Source: Tubulanus polymorphus (lineage: Eukaryota > Animalia > Nemertea). Taken from it: DNA of 64,000 nucleotides. The stretch spans positions 20,087,245 through 20,151,244 of the forward strand of contig NC_134028.1 of the NCBI RefSeq assembly GCF_964204645.1. Reading direction: 5' to 3'. Numbering within the stretch: the first letter of the stretch is position 1; each line of letters begins with the position of its first letter. Below, one piece after another: positions 40,501 through 55,091 of the stretch. The notes beneath the pieces are model-generated. The model ran no database searches. It saw only the letters and a list, made by a program, of their open reading frames with translations, and was not told the DNA's origin. Made by a program: the position numbers and the translations under genes.

Positions 40501-43500
40501 CTAAATTACTAAATAGTTTTAAAATCAATTAAATCCAAATATACATTTAAAATTGTGTTGCTTTTCCGGGATTTTCAATGGAATGAATGGCCAATCATGA
40601 CGTACAATGAACGTGTGATGACGTCATGTACAAACGATCTGTTTTCACCAACAAATCAGGTTTTTTATTTCATAAAAATCACGACGTACTTTGACTGAAA
40701 GGAACATATCAGTAAGGGCACCCAGCCGGTCTAAACAACGCAATGTCACATTTAAGTGATAGTCATTAGACACTAAACCTGTCGGTAACATTGAGGGTTT
40801 TTCCATCGTCGCGTTGTTGCCTGAAATTGAATTGAAAACCTAAGTAAAATTACACTCCGAAATTACAATCTTAAAATCGTATGATAGATCTACAATACAA
40901 TAACAGTCAGTATAATTGTCGGGATTGTAAATGATACTTGATTTTCAATTGTTTCTAATTCAAAAGAAAAATGTATTTTCGTGATGATTGCTACGACGCA
41001 GCCATTATTTGACGTTTATATTGCTTGAACAATGTCGGTCATCAGCTTAAGTAACCACTGTCATTATATCAGAAGAATCTTTTTCGTGGAAAAAGTGTTT
41101 TAAATATCATATCTCACCGTCGTAAATCCAAATGGGATCATCTGTAGGCTTTACCCTGTAAGCGATCTTGTACCGAAGTGGACCGTCCTGATCGCTACAA
41201 TCCTTACTACAGAAAACGTTAAACTCTGTACCGATTGCCGTTCCTTCAGGCGGATCCACACCGCAAATCCCTTCCTTCGGAGTATCGTTTATCTCGAACG
41301 GCAGACTGGCCTTTCCTATCGATGCAAAGAAAAACTAACAGGATCCGTTTTGAAGTTATATCTGAGGTCAACTAAGTTATCAGTTAAGATTCTCATGTTT
41401 GGAGTTGAAAATGACGTATTAAACCTCGTATAAATTTCCAATCACATGAACCAAACGTCCGCCGACTAGTTTGCTATCTCTTCCTAGGGCCTTCTAGACC
41501 GAAGATACTAGCGGTCCAAGATTTCAATACAGACACCATTTCAAAAGGGCACAAGCAGATGCAAAAAAGGAACATTTAGGCCCTAAGAGAAAGACGTAGC
41601 TCTCTTAAACTGATTTTGTTTTCTGATGAAGCTAGTGTGCAGTAGTGAATATCAGTATGTGGACGCTTCGGGAAATTAAATATTGACAGAGTCATTCATT
41701 TGGAAACCATGATCATGCTGTTTTGGCGCCCTCTCATCATAGGTTATATGCCAGAAACTGACCTAAAGACAAAACCACAAATATCCATTCAGCCAAGCCG
41801 AATTAAAGTAAGATAGACACGATGATTTTATACCTTTGATTTTCGGGTTTGCTGTCCTCCACGACTGCACTAATAGCGCGTATCTCGCATCTTGATCGGT
41901 TCTCAAATTGTTGAAATAGCCATCTACAGCTGGGTATATAGAAATGTAATCATGCGTGATACCAGTGGGCACTGATTTCGCCCAATCGTTTAGCGCAATT
42001 GTTTGGAAAAGGATTGTGTGACCTTGGATTTTCACTTTTCTCAACGTCCAGCTAAAATGCGATTTTTCATGTCAACATATATCCCACACGTATATGTACG
42101 TGAAAAATCCCACAATAATTCAGCCAAATATCTAAAGCGATTAGCAAAACTCCTTCCGAATTGGTTCAGACGTACTGATGATTGCGAATAGTCTTTAGCC
42201 CAAACGTTGCTCAAATTGAGGGAAATTGTCCATCGAATGGTGGATAATTGTATTTACGCGACGAGAGACTGAGGACCACGCACTGGCGCCATCTATCACT
42301 AAACCTTCACGTGCGCTCGCAGCTGTTCAATAGCCAATCGGATACCTTGCGCCTTAGTCTCTGCAGAGCTGCGTCATGATAGGTAGACGTGTTTTGAGCA
42401 TTCGTTCTCGCGAAAATCCATCTTAGTCGTCGCATTTTACTTAGTTGGCGCCGACGAAGTAGGGGCCACTGTCATTTATCATGTGCGCTGTAACAACACA
42501 ACTGTAATATACACTTCCATTCTAGAACTTATGACCTTTGGCTGAATTTATTATGGGATTTCTCCCGCATATTTATCTTATACGGATGTTGTGTATCTTC
42601 ACGCCTTATCCAGTTTGTTACCTATTACTTCGGATTATCTGGAAAACATCGAATGATTTGATTATCATTACCTATGATTGGAGAAGGGTCGTATAAACTT
42701 ACTCGAAACCGAAATCGCGAAGCCCCGGGAAATTTGTGATGGTCGTTCCTATTGAAAATCGGCTGCTGGGATTCATTTTAGTTTGACAGTTCGTAACACA
42801 TCTAAAAACAAAAACGATTACCAAAATTTACGCAAAGGTTTTGCAGAAATTACCGAAAATGTGTCTTGAAGTTTTTTTTGAGAAACGTCATCGATTCCGT
42901 ATAGTTTACATGTGTGCTATCGAGGCCGTTTTTAGTTACTCGGAGTATGGATTTTTTTTCAAAAAAGTGGGAGAACGAAGGGAAAAAATAAAAATGAGCT
43001 ATTTTGGACGTTTTAAAACGGAAGGGAACGGAAAATCGTATTTAAAACAAAATTATTGTTTGAGTATTTTCCACATAAAACCTCGGACGGACTGCATAAA
43101 ATAAGCAAAAAGTTGTAATGAATTTGAATCAAATGTCGGAAGAAATAAATTTTTTCAAATCACGAGATCTAGAAATTAAGATGAATATAACTTAACGTAG
43201 ATATATAATTACAGAACAACAAATAGGATAAATTAAAGTATAATGAATTAGGAACAAAAGAAATCATGAATACGATGAATTAGTAACTTGTGAAAGTTAC
43301 TAGATTTAAAATCGAGGCTGATATGATGAAGCAATTATTTTGTTATTGAAAAAAAAATTTAAAAACACCCCTTGTAATTAAAAAGGTTTAAAGCCTATAA
43401 ATGTTAGATTTAGCCGCGTACGCTTGGGGATCTACGGCGGACAAGGTAGACGTCCTACGAAGGGGACTTAACTGTATTCGTACTACAAAGATAACACTTA

Positions 43501-46500
43501 CATCATTTTGATGTCAGGTGGGTCACCGTTAACCACTGATACTGACTGCTCAAAATACGCTGCTCTCAGGCCGCCCCAAAACGGGTCATATTTCAGTACC
43601 ATGAGTTTCAACGTTAAGTTGAAAGCTTCGTTCCAGTTAGCGGTATCAACTACGAAGCTGGCCGTATCGATACGTTTGCCTTTTGCGTCATACATTAAAC
43701 CTGCAGTTGTAAAAAGGGAATTCTAACTGTTCGTAGATAAGATACCAGTTCCATCGGTTTTCAAGGGTCGAAAGGACCAAACACACTAGATGTTATGGCC
43801 AGGATGGATTTTTAGAGAGAATTCGTTTTTTGTTGTTGTTTTGGTGCGGGCGCCAAAACGGAGAACGGATTTCTTAAAAGGAAATTCGTCGTTTCTGCAG
43901 TTTTCATTATGAATTACAGTACACATTCATTCATTATGTACATACATTTTATATGTTCTAGATTCAATTCCTACCTGGATATTGTATTTCATCTGCGTAT
44001 TTGACACATCCGACGGTGGTGAGTGGTCTACTGGACTGGCTGGCGCTGGCCGCATCTAATAACGGAGTCAAATCCCCTGGATTACACAACCTCCCTTCAC
44101 TCATCACGTTAAAATACTGGTCATATGTGGCGAAAGTTTCGCAATATTTTTTGCAATACCAATCGAATTTCAACTTCGACATGTCTCTATCCGGATCGTC
44201 GGGATCGTAGGTAGAATCACCGACGGACACCGTCACGTTAGCGAACCATTTCATAGTTGTCTCGTAGCCGCCTTTGATGTTGACGACTAACGGCGTTCTT
44301 ATTACGAAAATGTCACCAGACACAACCTTGAAAATACCCTGCTCTTCGTGCATGGATACGTTCAATTCCAGCCGATAGTTCCCGTACGAGAAAAACCGAG
44401 GCGCGAAGTAAATCATACGCAAACTAGAAGACGATAGTACAGTACCGTTCAACTCGTCTTCGGTCATCTCGACGAACTCACCGTTTTCCTGTTTGAAAAT
44501 GGTCCAAGTGTAATTGGCGATTTTCGACGAAGTACAATTCAGAATCGGGACGGAATTTACGACGAGACTCTCCGATCGTAGCACGCCGAAGGCGCCTGGG
44601 TATCTTCGATAGTCCCCACAGTCAGGATATCGCATGTTCGCGCATACATCCGGGATTTGAAGAGTGACATTCGGGGGATAACACGGCCCGCGAGTAACTA
44701 CTAACGGGATCGGTAAAGTCCGACGACTAACGACGTTTACCGCGTCCAGTATAACGGAATAAAAAGCGGCCGTCATCATTTTCATTTTCGGCAACTGTAT
44801 ACCGTTGCTATATTGACTACGTTCATTGGCAGTGAAGAATTTCTTGCAATCAGGCGCTATAGCGGCTATTTTTGAACCGTGTTCGCCTCTCTGACAGGAT
44901 GCGGCGTCGCCGTACATGTACTCCCGACAGGGCGTAGCAATTTTGAAATCTATATAATAGCAAGCTCCTTCGGCGTTATTTCCTAGTTTCAATGTCGCTG
45001 ATATACTCGTATTCCTGATAACGATTGGGTCCACGATTAGATTAATATCGCCCACGGGGTATCTCAGTTCTATGGTTTGCACCGGTGCTGTGGCAGCATT
45101 CAATACGTTTGAGGCCGAGAGCTCCACCGTGATCGTCTGCGGAGTGTTGAACACGTGTTCACTCGATGTTAGATTATTGTAGATGACGGCGTTGGTTTTT
45201 GCGCCGAATTTCCACGTTAAATGCATGTGCGAGCCCCAGTCGCGCGTGGCAATGCCATAGACTACATAACTAGTCGGGTAGGCATTCGGTTTACCGTTTA
45301 ACATCCAGCCACCGCGCAACTTGTCCGATCCAGGGATATAGGGATCGAGATACATGATCTTAAAGCCTAAGTTCACAATTTTTGCATATATGTTGGCCGT
45401 AATATTCAAAGATTTCTGCGAGACAGCGTTGGTGAGGTTTGCCCGAACTTGGAATGGATTACCGTTTTTATAAACGTGTGGAATTTCTATCAAAACGCAT
45501 CCACCAGCTACTGTGCACAATGAAGGGCTTAAACTCCTTCTTTTCCTTCGACCGAGCGCGGCGTTTTGGCCGATCAATTCCGTTACATTTTCGCCGTCAC
45601 CGAAATCAATCGCGCACGTTGAATTAGTCGGGAAAGGTTTATTTTCTGCCAGTTTCACTTGGAATTTTGCGTTGTAGGTGGCGCCTTGGGGTATTTCCTG
45701 GATCGGGGCGTTAGTTGTTGTAATGAAATGCAACCCCACGTGATCGATTGGGATTTGAATAACCATCGGGATGTTGTTCGTCGTTGATAACACACTGACG
45801 CTGTTAAAGGCCGTTACGTTGACGAGAAACTGGCCATCCGTTTGAAAAGCGTGTTGCACTTGCTTGAGTTTGCCGACTTCGGCGTCGACCGTTTCGTTCA
45901 ATCCGTCTTGAAATTCGAAAATCAATTTTACCCGTGATCCCCCCATAACCGTCGCTCCAAACTTGAGGTTTTCACCGATTTTGGCGATATTAACTCCAAA
46001 ATAGGCGGATTTGACGCTGTCTATCTTTATATCCGCCTCGACTCGATGGGTGTAGTTGAGGAAACTAACTAGATTGGAAATATTCACGTGCACCAGGTAA
46101 GTTCCTGGCTCGTTAATGGTGAAGTTGATTCGACGGTCGTCGAGGGTGAAATGTCCGTTGTCTGTTAGATTATAATCGTCTACCCAAATTGCGTACATAG
46201 GATCCGTTGGGAACGGGATTCCAGCAGCAGCAATGAAGTTCGTCCCTACCATTCCTAAAATGGATGGGTGCAAATGTCACCGTCAGATTCGTTAAGTTTC
46301 GTAAGATAGATACAATTGGAAAAAACGGTCAACATTCCATAGTTGGTTTGCACGAATTAGCAGTTTTGATACACTTCATTTTGATAGAAAATTTATAAAA
46401 ACACAAATCAATTCGGCTGAAACATTTACCTTTTAGCGGTATCAGCATGTCGGTTTTTTTATCACGTTGCAAAACGAGCGGCGAATTCGACGAGAAATTG

Positions 46501-49500
46501 ATCGCTCTCACAGGATGTTGGACGAGAACCGCGAATTCCCTGAACACGCTTCCGAGCGGATTTTTCAGCGTAGCTTTGATCGTAAAGTTGCCCGGATTAG
46601 AAAATCGATGCAACGTAGAGACGGTCGTATAATTGTCGCTAGATTGGAACCAATCGTTTGCCGAGGGCGTCCCGTCTCCGAACTCGTATTGTGCAGTTAC
46701 CCGGGTGGCTGTTACCGGCGCTACGGTAATATTCACATCCTCGGCCGTCGGAGCGAACGGACGGTCCACCGAAAGGACCTCCGTGTCCGTAAACGGCACG
46801 TCGACTTCTATCACCGAAACGGCTGTTGAAACACTTATATCGTTGTAGACGGTCAAATTAAGTGTATAGTTGTGGACGTTTTTCTGGCCTGGAATAACAA
46901 TTTTTCCTTTGATGGTCGGCGTTGTTCGCAACAACGAAACATCGGCTATTGAAACGCCGTCGATAGTGGCGTTCAATATCAATTCTGTCCCGGTCTTTGT
47001 CGTGAAAGTCAGCGTTCTCGACGTATCAACAGCCACGTTTACTGGCGATTCCATCGTCAGTTTTCCAACAGGTGCCTGTACATATGCGGTGAAGTTTGCC
47101 ACTTGCCAGCTGACCATGTTAGTCGCGTTTACCACTACAGTTCTGCTGCCAGGTGTTGCGTATGTATAAACCAGTGTTCCGCCCATTCCTATGATATACA
47201 TTGAGATATTACATATCATAATCCAGGAGCCCAGATCACTTTAGGGTAGACCTTCGAATGCAACTGGTAGTGATGGGTGAAAATTTTGTTTTAATCAGTT
47301 TTTACCCCTTGTTTGGCGGGTCCCATGAGGTAAATACAGGAGTCATGAAATGCCAGACTCTGGTTTTTACCAATGGATCTTTGAAAGATTTGCCATGTAT
47401 AATGGTTTCGGTCATTGGTAACCAGTTCGTCTATACGCTTAGTTTTCTGCTGGGCTCCGGGACTGTTAACGCAAAGATGATTTGCTGATTCCGAGATCCG
47501 AGATCGAATCAAGCATTATGATTTTGTAATTAATGATATCTTCATTGTCGGAGTGCCTATTAACTAATATATTTATAATATCTACCGTTATGACTTTGTT
47601 GCGATTCTTTAGTTCCAGGTTTGATCCTAACCGTTTTATCAGCTTCCATTGTCATTACGCTTTCAACATCAGTACCTATATTTTGCCGAGCACAGATTGA
47701 GCACTCATTCCTTGATGTAGTTAATTAAGATTTCAGGGATTTTTCACAAGAGATACATCAATAGTATATACCTTGAGAAATGTACCAGGCTACCTCAACG
47801 GAGTCGCCCAATTTGATGAATTGTTTACTTGCATTCACCGTCAACTGCAGAACCTCGTCTTGAATTATGATTTGTTTCTGAAAGGTAAAGATCACGTGAC
47901 GATACTTTATTAGAGATATCCAATAAGATATATCCCTGGGCCCGATTTTATAGACCGGTATTACCTCGAACTCGGGGGCTAATTCAATTGAAAATGAATT
48001 AAGTTAGCCCCCGGGTTAAAGGTAATACAATTCTATAAGACCGGCCCCAGTAGTTTTTTCTAAATCCCCATATTAGGTAGCATATTATAGCCGCACGTGT
48101 GACGAACCACTGGCCAATCAAATGACTGAAAATAGACATAGTGTTTTGTCGGGATATATAAGATGATGTGAGTAACTATTATGGAAATGTATAAAAGATT
48201 GTGGGCATACCATAAATGGCATCAATTTATCTTTGTTTCACACTGCTTTCTGAGCGCAGGGACAAGATGGCGGGAAGTGCCGATTTTTATACTTACCGAA
48301 ACTCCTTCAAAGCTGACATCATTCATGGCATTCAAAGACACGTCGTAGGTGCCTGATTTTGTGTACGAACGAGTAGTTTGATTTTCGGTAGTTTCATTCG
48401 TCGCTGAACCGTTCGCGGAGAATTTCCAAACATATTTCACATCACTGCCATAATGAGGCGGTATTGAGAATGTCACTGTTTCGTTTGTTTTTGCTTCGAT
48501 GAAAGAAAGAAATTAGGTTTTCTCAGTTCATGAACTGTTTGTAAGTAGACGAGAGAAATCCCACAATAATTCAGTCAAAGATGAAAAATTCTTGAATGGA
48601 TGGGTATATATTTTGAGCAACGTTTAGCCATCATGAGGCGTACTGAGAAACAAAATGAAATATTAACAGAATGTATAAAAATTCTCAACATATATAATCT
48701 TCTATTCAAGAATTTTTCATCTTTTGAATGAATTATTGTGGGATTTCTCCCGTCATCCATCTTACACGGATAGTGTGTATCTGTTAGTAAGTAGGCCTGG
48801 TGATGAATGCTGTTGGACTGTTATTTAATACTTATCGTCTGCGTGTAACCTACCGGCGGCAGGTGAATCAATCTTCACATTGCTAATCGGCACAAGAACG
48901 TTGACGGCCACCGTTGAATTTTCACCGCCGAACACCGAAGCGGTCACGTTGAACGTATCCTTCGTTGATTGTGGTGTATAGGTGTGAGCGAATCGCACTT
49001 CAAGAGCGCGAAGAAAATGAGCTTGAACCATTATCCGGTAATCGCGTGTTGCGTATTTCGATGCCGCGTTATTCTGTACGGAGGTATATGCAGTGATCGG
49101 AAACTTTCTCAGCCTCACACTCGGGCTTTGAACGACGATGACATCGCCCGGCTGAACGGTAGTGTTACCAGTCACTATCTGAAACGTCTGTCTACCGGTC
49201 TTCGATATCGCTTGCGAAATAGAAACGACCGTCCTGAAGAATCTGTGTACTTTATCGTAATTCTTGAAATAGCTTTGAATCTTCACTTTTCCGGCGCTGT
49301 CGACGCAAGCTTTCTTTTGGAAGCTGTACACCGATGGCGACTGACATTTCAAAGCCCAGACTGATTCAGTTTTCGAGCATTGCGTTAAAACAGGGTCGAT
49401 GCAACGGTACGATCGGAAACAAAACACCTTCCAAGGTTGACATTTGGGCCGCTGTATCTAAACGATAATATACACGCGGTGTGAAAATTCCTTCCAATAT

Positions 49501-52500
49501 TCGCTTTTCAATCACTCATATTTCAGTATAATCCATCACTCATTAAAGCTGAAGTTTCTCAAGAATGGTTATTATGTATTTATGTAACATAATCTATCGT
49601 TTAAAACAAAAGCTTTGAACATTTGAAATGTCAGCGCCATCAAAATTACATCTCGTCAGGATGTGTCACTGAAGAACAGTAGTATTTTTTCAAATAAACT
49701 TAATTTTTCCTAAACCCTAAACCAAGTAGTTTCTTAATTAAGGGATATCAGCGCCCTTTTTCCCTAATCAATTTTGGGAGGAATTTTGGATAGGTTAGAT
49801 AAGAAATGAAAAGTGATCATAATAACAGACAATAATTATGATATCGGGTCCTTGATTTCGGTTTTTCATCGATGATGGATTGCCGGGCATTGATAAAATA
49901 TAAACCTCACCTCGAATGTGAAATCCCCGATTTTTCCAACGTCTATCTCATATTGTCCTATGGTGCCGTGATATCTAATGATATCATTAAGTAGATAATG
50001 CTTTTTCTCGATGCTTGCAGTTGTGCAATTGTTTTCCGGACATTCGGTCGTTCCCACTGAGAACACGGTTGACTCTGCAATTTAGATCAGATAATGGAAA
50101 GAACATAAAACAATAGAATTAGTTTGCTCTAGACTCTATAGCATTTTTGAGGATTTGAGTGACCATGGGTTTGCTTAAGCACTAGCCGCCTCGGTACATG
50201 CTTTATTAGGCCAGGTAGTTACTTAGACCTTAACTTATGTGTCAAGTTTTTCTGAAGACGTTTTACGTAATTTAGTTGATCGTATGTTCAACGCAATTCA
50301 GTCAAATTGTCAGTTAGTGAGTTTAGTTAGTAAGTTAGTGAGTGATTTTCATATACCTAGGAACGGTTGCTCAAAGGTTGGTCAAACTTTTAACCGTCGC
50401 TTAAATTGGGTGGGTCAAGAATTAGAAAGTTAAATAAATCAATTTTCGGAAGAATGTTTATGAGAAAGGTTGCATTTTGAAAGAGAGGACCTTGGAAGAG
50501 GCACAGATAGAAATCGCGCCACAACATTACCTTTCAAGTATTAAAAGCGTTGAATTTTTTTTTCTCTAAAATTGGTTTCCCTTTTTTTTCAATTTTCCTG
50601 TCATTATCAATCAAAACAGACTCCATTCAAAGTACGACAGGGCATATGAAAACTGAGCCAACGAGTGAATTAATGATTTAACCACTGGTTGAGGAATCTG
50701 ACCCACCGATTGGCAAACCGAGGTTTTGAGGAACTGAATTTAACCAGTGGTTAACTAACCGATGGTTAGGGACTTATCCACCGGTTATTTCAACCAACCT
50801 TTGAGCAACCGGCCCCAGTATCGATTGAGTTGCTGAAAATTTGTCATTTTCGGATACCTTGATTGTCGAATCTCAGTACGGTGCCGTCATCTAGATCAAC
50901 TTCCAGTTTTCTAGCTTTGACGCCTTGAACAAGTTGAACGGTACATTCAAATCTCTGCGACTCGTTCACCGAAGATGGGCATTGCAAATGCGGTCTAAAC
51001 AATATTTCCTCAACCTGATGACGAAATAGCTTTTTTACCCAATTGACAACAATATACGTATCGAAATAGAAAAAAAAAGATCTTTTGGTTAAAAAGATGA
51101 TCTTTATGATCCCATCTCTTATAGTAAGATATAGGCTTATCGAATATCGATGCAAGGAAATATTATCTATTTTTACATTGCTTTTGAAAAAAGAGAAAAA
51201 TGATAAGCCATATTCCGAATTCCAAAATTGATTAAGGCAAGCGACTATTTTTTATCTTTTAATTAGGGAAATTTAGGCGTTAACGACCATGTATCATGAT
51301 GTAATGTAAAGCTGCACTTCGTTATCGAATTACTCCTTCTAAGTAACAATTGGGTAGCAACCGTGAAGCAAAAAAAGAAAAACGTGTGACCAGGTTGTTT
51401 ATCGGGGTGCGTAGGGGAGAGTTTAAAAAAAGAAACGAGACCAGATTTCTCTCTGCGGGATGCGCATTTTTTTTCATTTTTATACCGACGAACTTTTTTG
51501 ACGCGTGCGGAAAATGAAACTGATGAGAAACAAACAATTTTTGCATGGTTTTCTATACAATTATTATTCCGAACTTATGCTATACGCGTTTTTATATTAT
51601 GGTGGCTGATTCGGGCCATACTAAAAAATTTCACATTGGCCCGTTTTTTGGTTTTCTCGTGCGAGAATTCAAAACATTGTGGTTCTCTCGCGCGAGACCT
51701 CAAAACTTTTGGTTTTCTCGCGCGAGACTTCAAAAAGTTTTGAATTCTCGCGCGAGAAACCAAAAAATGGGCCAATGTGAACAGTTTTAAATCGTTGCTC
51801 TAGCCGTACAGAAAATTTCTTTAGTATGGTCCGAATTAGCCACCATATTATATGGCCTAAAAAGGAATATAAACATTCAATACGCTATATCTCTAACCCA
51901 TGCAGCAAAAAGTTGTACAAGTTAAAATCTATGTTGTAATACGTGTGTCGTTTTTATATTTGTATTATTTATTACATTTCATGTAGTTCTACCGTCCATG
52001 CTCAGTTCATGGACGTATAAACTAAGAGTCTATAACTAATATATAAAGACTTATAAACTAATCTAGTTTATACGTCCATGCTCAGTCTTAGTGCGTAACT
52101 AACAACTCATGAATGAGATCTAGTGATCTTTGTATTGAATCTCGCATTTGGTGTACTGACGCTGTGGTCATTTCATGTTCCTATTAATGATCTCAAATCT
52201 TATTTGTTCAATTTTTTTGTGAAATTCTTGACTATTTTCTCTAGTTAAAACTAAGTGGATGATATCGTATGAATACGGTTGTGTATATATTCGAATTCCT
52301 GGTTATCATTAACTTGCGATAATGTGTAATTTTGTACATTTATTTGGTTTGTTGTTTCCTGTTTCTTTTTTGGAACGGCATTTATGACGAACGATGACTT
52401 ATGTTTAGACATTGAGCGTATATTTCAATTCGTGTTTGGTGTCTATATAACGTTGTGTTGTCGTCATTTTCCTTCAAAACGTACCTGAATCAATTTCGAA

Positions 52501-55091
52501 GATCGCTTGAAGTTAAGCGTGTCCTGAACAGTGACCCCTATCGCTTGTTTCCCGGCGCCAACGACTTGCGTTGTGATGTTACCTGTTGTCTGAGGTACAC
52601 GTCGGGGCCGATCGGAAAATACGAACGTAAAATTTACCGTAGAATTTACCGATGTCAGTGAAGATGGGTAGGTGTGCACGTTTGCGTCACTGAATAGGTC
52701 AAATTTTCCTGATGAAAGAAAAGTTAACGAATTTTGAATTATTTAGAACAGGACTGTTACTGTTACACGTAATTCATGTTTCTCGCACATTAATATCATT
52801 GTGATTGGTTATACAGTTATTTTGAACTGCACAGGGATCCTTAAACTTTTACTTTGGGACCCGCGTTCTATTCTTTTCGTATTGATTTCGCAATAATTGA
52901 AATACGTACCGTCTGGGCGACCACCTGTTACATTAAGTCCTATTGTCTTCAGGCTAACGGGCGCAGTGTAAACTGACCAAGCGTTTTTAGTTCCACCGCA
53001 ATAAAAGGAGCTATTTCCCAGACACGGCATCGTGCATTGGGATGATCCATTGCCAGGTTGCGAGCGTCCGCACAGGCATACACTACCTTCTGTCACGCCC
53101 GCATATCTGTAATATTTATGATTTATTTACCCCGCTGTTTTATATGTGCATTATATCATTCTGATTCGTGGGTATGAATAAAAAAGAAACAAACAGACCC
53201 GTAGCCAATCAAAGAACATTGCTGTTGGCAGATTGACGGCTCCATCTGAGAAAGGGAGGCTCCGATCCTCGCTACGGTAAGTGCGGTGTTTTCCGTTTCC
53301 TCAAAGCATCCGACAAAGCCTGTGAAATAAGGAAAATAGGCCCCAGGTCAGATATACGTCAATAGCTTTTTCTATTGCATATAATATATTGTCACTATCG
53401 GACTCAAAATGTTCCGAACCTTCAGTTGTCGATTTAGCTCGGTTCCGTCGATACAAAAAAAATTGATATATGAACAACATGTCAACAGACACTATTGCAT
53501 TTTTCCGTGATGGCACTGGTTTGCCTCATGTTCGCATTCTTCCAAATCAAATCGTACGCTTGCTTCTCTAGACGATTAACGTATTCGATAAACATAACTT
53601 TTTAGCTAACCTCGTAATCGTAAAACTCCCGGTTCTTTTCATGTTTGGTTATGATGTGCACGCTGTTTTGTATATTGAACACGGAACATTAGACCGGGAC
53701 ATAAGGCCTTATTGGCTTTTACTGGAAAGAAGATATCCTATCGTCAAACTATTAAGAACCGCAGTCAGTCGATAAACTTGATTTCGCCAGTAACCAGCCT
53801 TGCTCAATTTTCACTGCCCTAAAATTTGACGAACTAATTAACTTCCGATTGATCAAAATTTTATCTATTAAATTTATTAGAATTATGAACATTCGTTGAA
53901 TCTCCCATAATCAATTTTTCGAATAAATATATAATTCTAGAACTTGACTCTAGTAAAAGACAGTTTCATTAAAACTGACCAAAATCGAGTTCATTTTGAT
54001 TAATATTTTTTTGAGGCGCATAGTTCGCCTGGAGAAAAGGCTGCGCGTGTATTAACTAAATCGCTGTTACACTGAATGTTGATGTCGGATAATGTAAAAT
54101 GAAAAATTACATTATAACTTTTCTAGCGTTAGTAAAAGCTACGAGCAACTGAGCCACAGGGGACTATTTTCTGACCACCCTTAACGGATTATTCCGTCGC
54201 AAATAATATGTTCACTTGACAATTTGCTGGTGTGGTGAGGCATCGCGCCGCTGGTGTGTAACCGTGGAGAACGTCGCCTTCAATCTAGTTTCACTTACTC
54301 ATAGATGACGAGCGCCTCAATTGTAGAATTGAATGATGCCATCGGGTTCGAATCCCGCCCAATGGAAGAAAATATTAACAAGACGTATATCTATAGTTAA
54401 ATTGACAACTTCAATTTGAGTGGCAAACAAGTAGGCACTATGCATTAGTTTTTTCCGTAGGTTTTAGCAGTATTTTGAAAACATGTCATGATCTACCAAG
54501 CTCATTGTTGATCATGCACTAATGTTTATTTGTTCAATATTAGGAAATCAGTTTTAAGCAAGAAACTGATAGAAATCAGACAATCACAAGTGATCAATTT
54601 AAGCCATTCGATCAAAATACAATGATCGATCCACAAATTGACCAATAATCACTGGTGAAAAATTTCTTGTTACATCTATTTGGTTATAAAAAAACCAACT
54701 GATAGCCCGACCTAAGCTTTCCAAATATATATATATGGTTTCTATGGGTGATTTTAAGCATTACTGAGGTGTAAATAAAATCACGAAAAAGTTTTGAAAT
54801 TTGAGAAAATTTTCCGGTGAGAGGCGTTACATAATCTGTGGTAGCGAAAAAGTAAAAACAAAAATGCTCACTTTGATGATCCGAGCCCGACAAATAATTA
54901 ATGATTATATGCTACGAAGAAAATAATTTGAACGACGATAGACCTAAATATCAAAAAAATTAATCGTGTAGATCATCTCTGGATCGTTATATAAAAACGA
55001 ACCGAATCTTACCTGGGCCGTCTGTTGGTGGAGCAGGGGTTGTCGTTAGAACTCTCGGTATATAAATAAAAACCACTAACAAAAGAAACAT
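25558..55091 (-). CDS. Polycystin-1 family (PKD1-like/REJ) protein: signal-WSC-PKD repeats-REJ-GAIN/GPS-TM1-PLAT-TMs-polycystin channel domain-coiled coil; roughly 40 exons
   Basis: Signal exon 55091-55013; WSC exons ~53319-53199 and ~53107-52909 (GCF...ICQQQC...YAGV.EG..CLCG...C.MPC.GN....CGG); PKD repeats (FGDG, VNISNLVS) in 47.2-44 kb; REJ (STYDPD, FDWYC); GPS CKCTHLTTFG at ~35490-35460; PLAT (GTTAQV..LTGEDG, FICDKWLAVEQEDG); HIWLSVF.RPPKSNFTRVQRLTCC; WLDKNTR; KLLRFNKRI; last exon 25736-25558. Not every internal exon boundary was verified. Confidence 0.92.
26651..26892. mobile_element. PIF/Harbinger-type MITE in a PKD1-like intron
   Basis: Imperfect TIRs agcgcaacgtacac... / ...gcgttcgttgggct, flanked by TTA on both sides. 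Confidence 0.55.
30595..31162. mobile_element. PIF/Harbinger (Tourist-like) MITE
   Basis: TIRs ggccatcccaaaataat.gtctgtttgc / gcaaacagac.attattttgggatggcc with a TAA target duplication. Confidence 0.8.
47936..48050. mobile_element. Palindromic MITE
   Basis: ctgggcccgattttataga ... tctataagaccggccccag; the whole element is nearly palindromic. Confidence 0.65.
50357..50818. mobile_element. MITE with TIRs (possibly with an internal insertion)
   Basis: cggttgctcaaaggttggt ... accaacctttgagcaaccggccccag. Confidence 0.65.
51600..51845. mobile_element. MITE with ~30-bp TIRs, TA flanks and internal tctcgcgcgaga repeats
   Basis: tggtggctgattcgggccatactaaa / tttagtatggtccgaattagccacca, each flanked by TA. 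Confidence 0.75.
52008..52080. mobile_element. Tiny TIR element (CATGGACGTATAAACTA ends)
   Basis: 17-bp perfect TIR; flanks ctcagtt / ctcagtc. Confidence 0.6.

Noticed and set aside
33520-47169. Numerous overlapping plus-strand and alternate-frame ORFs (e.g. 33532-33866, 36868-37296, 46447-47169)
   Set aside because: They are antisense or off-frame shadows of PKD1-like exons with no independent motifs.
54240-54362. tRNA-like sequence with B-box GGTTCGAATCCC
   Set aside because: No cloverleaf can be folded and the A-B spacing is too long. At most it is a decayed tRNA-derived SINE.
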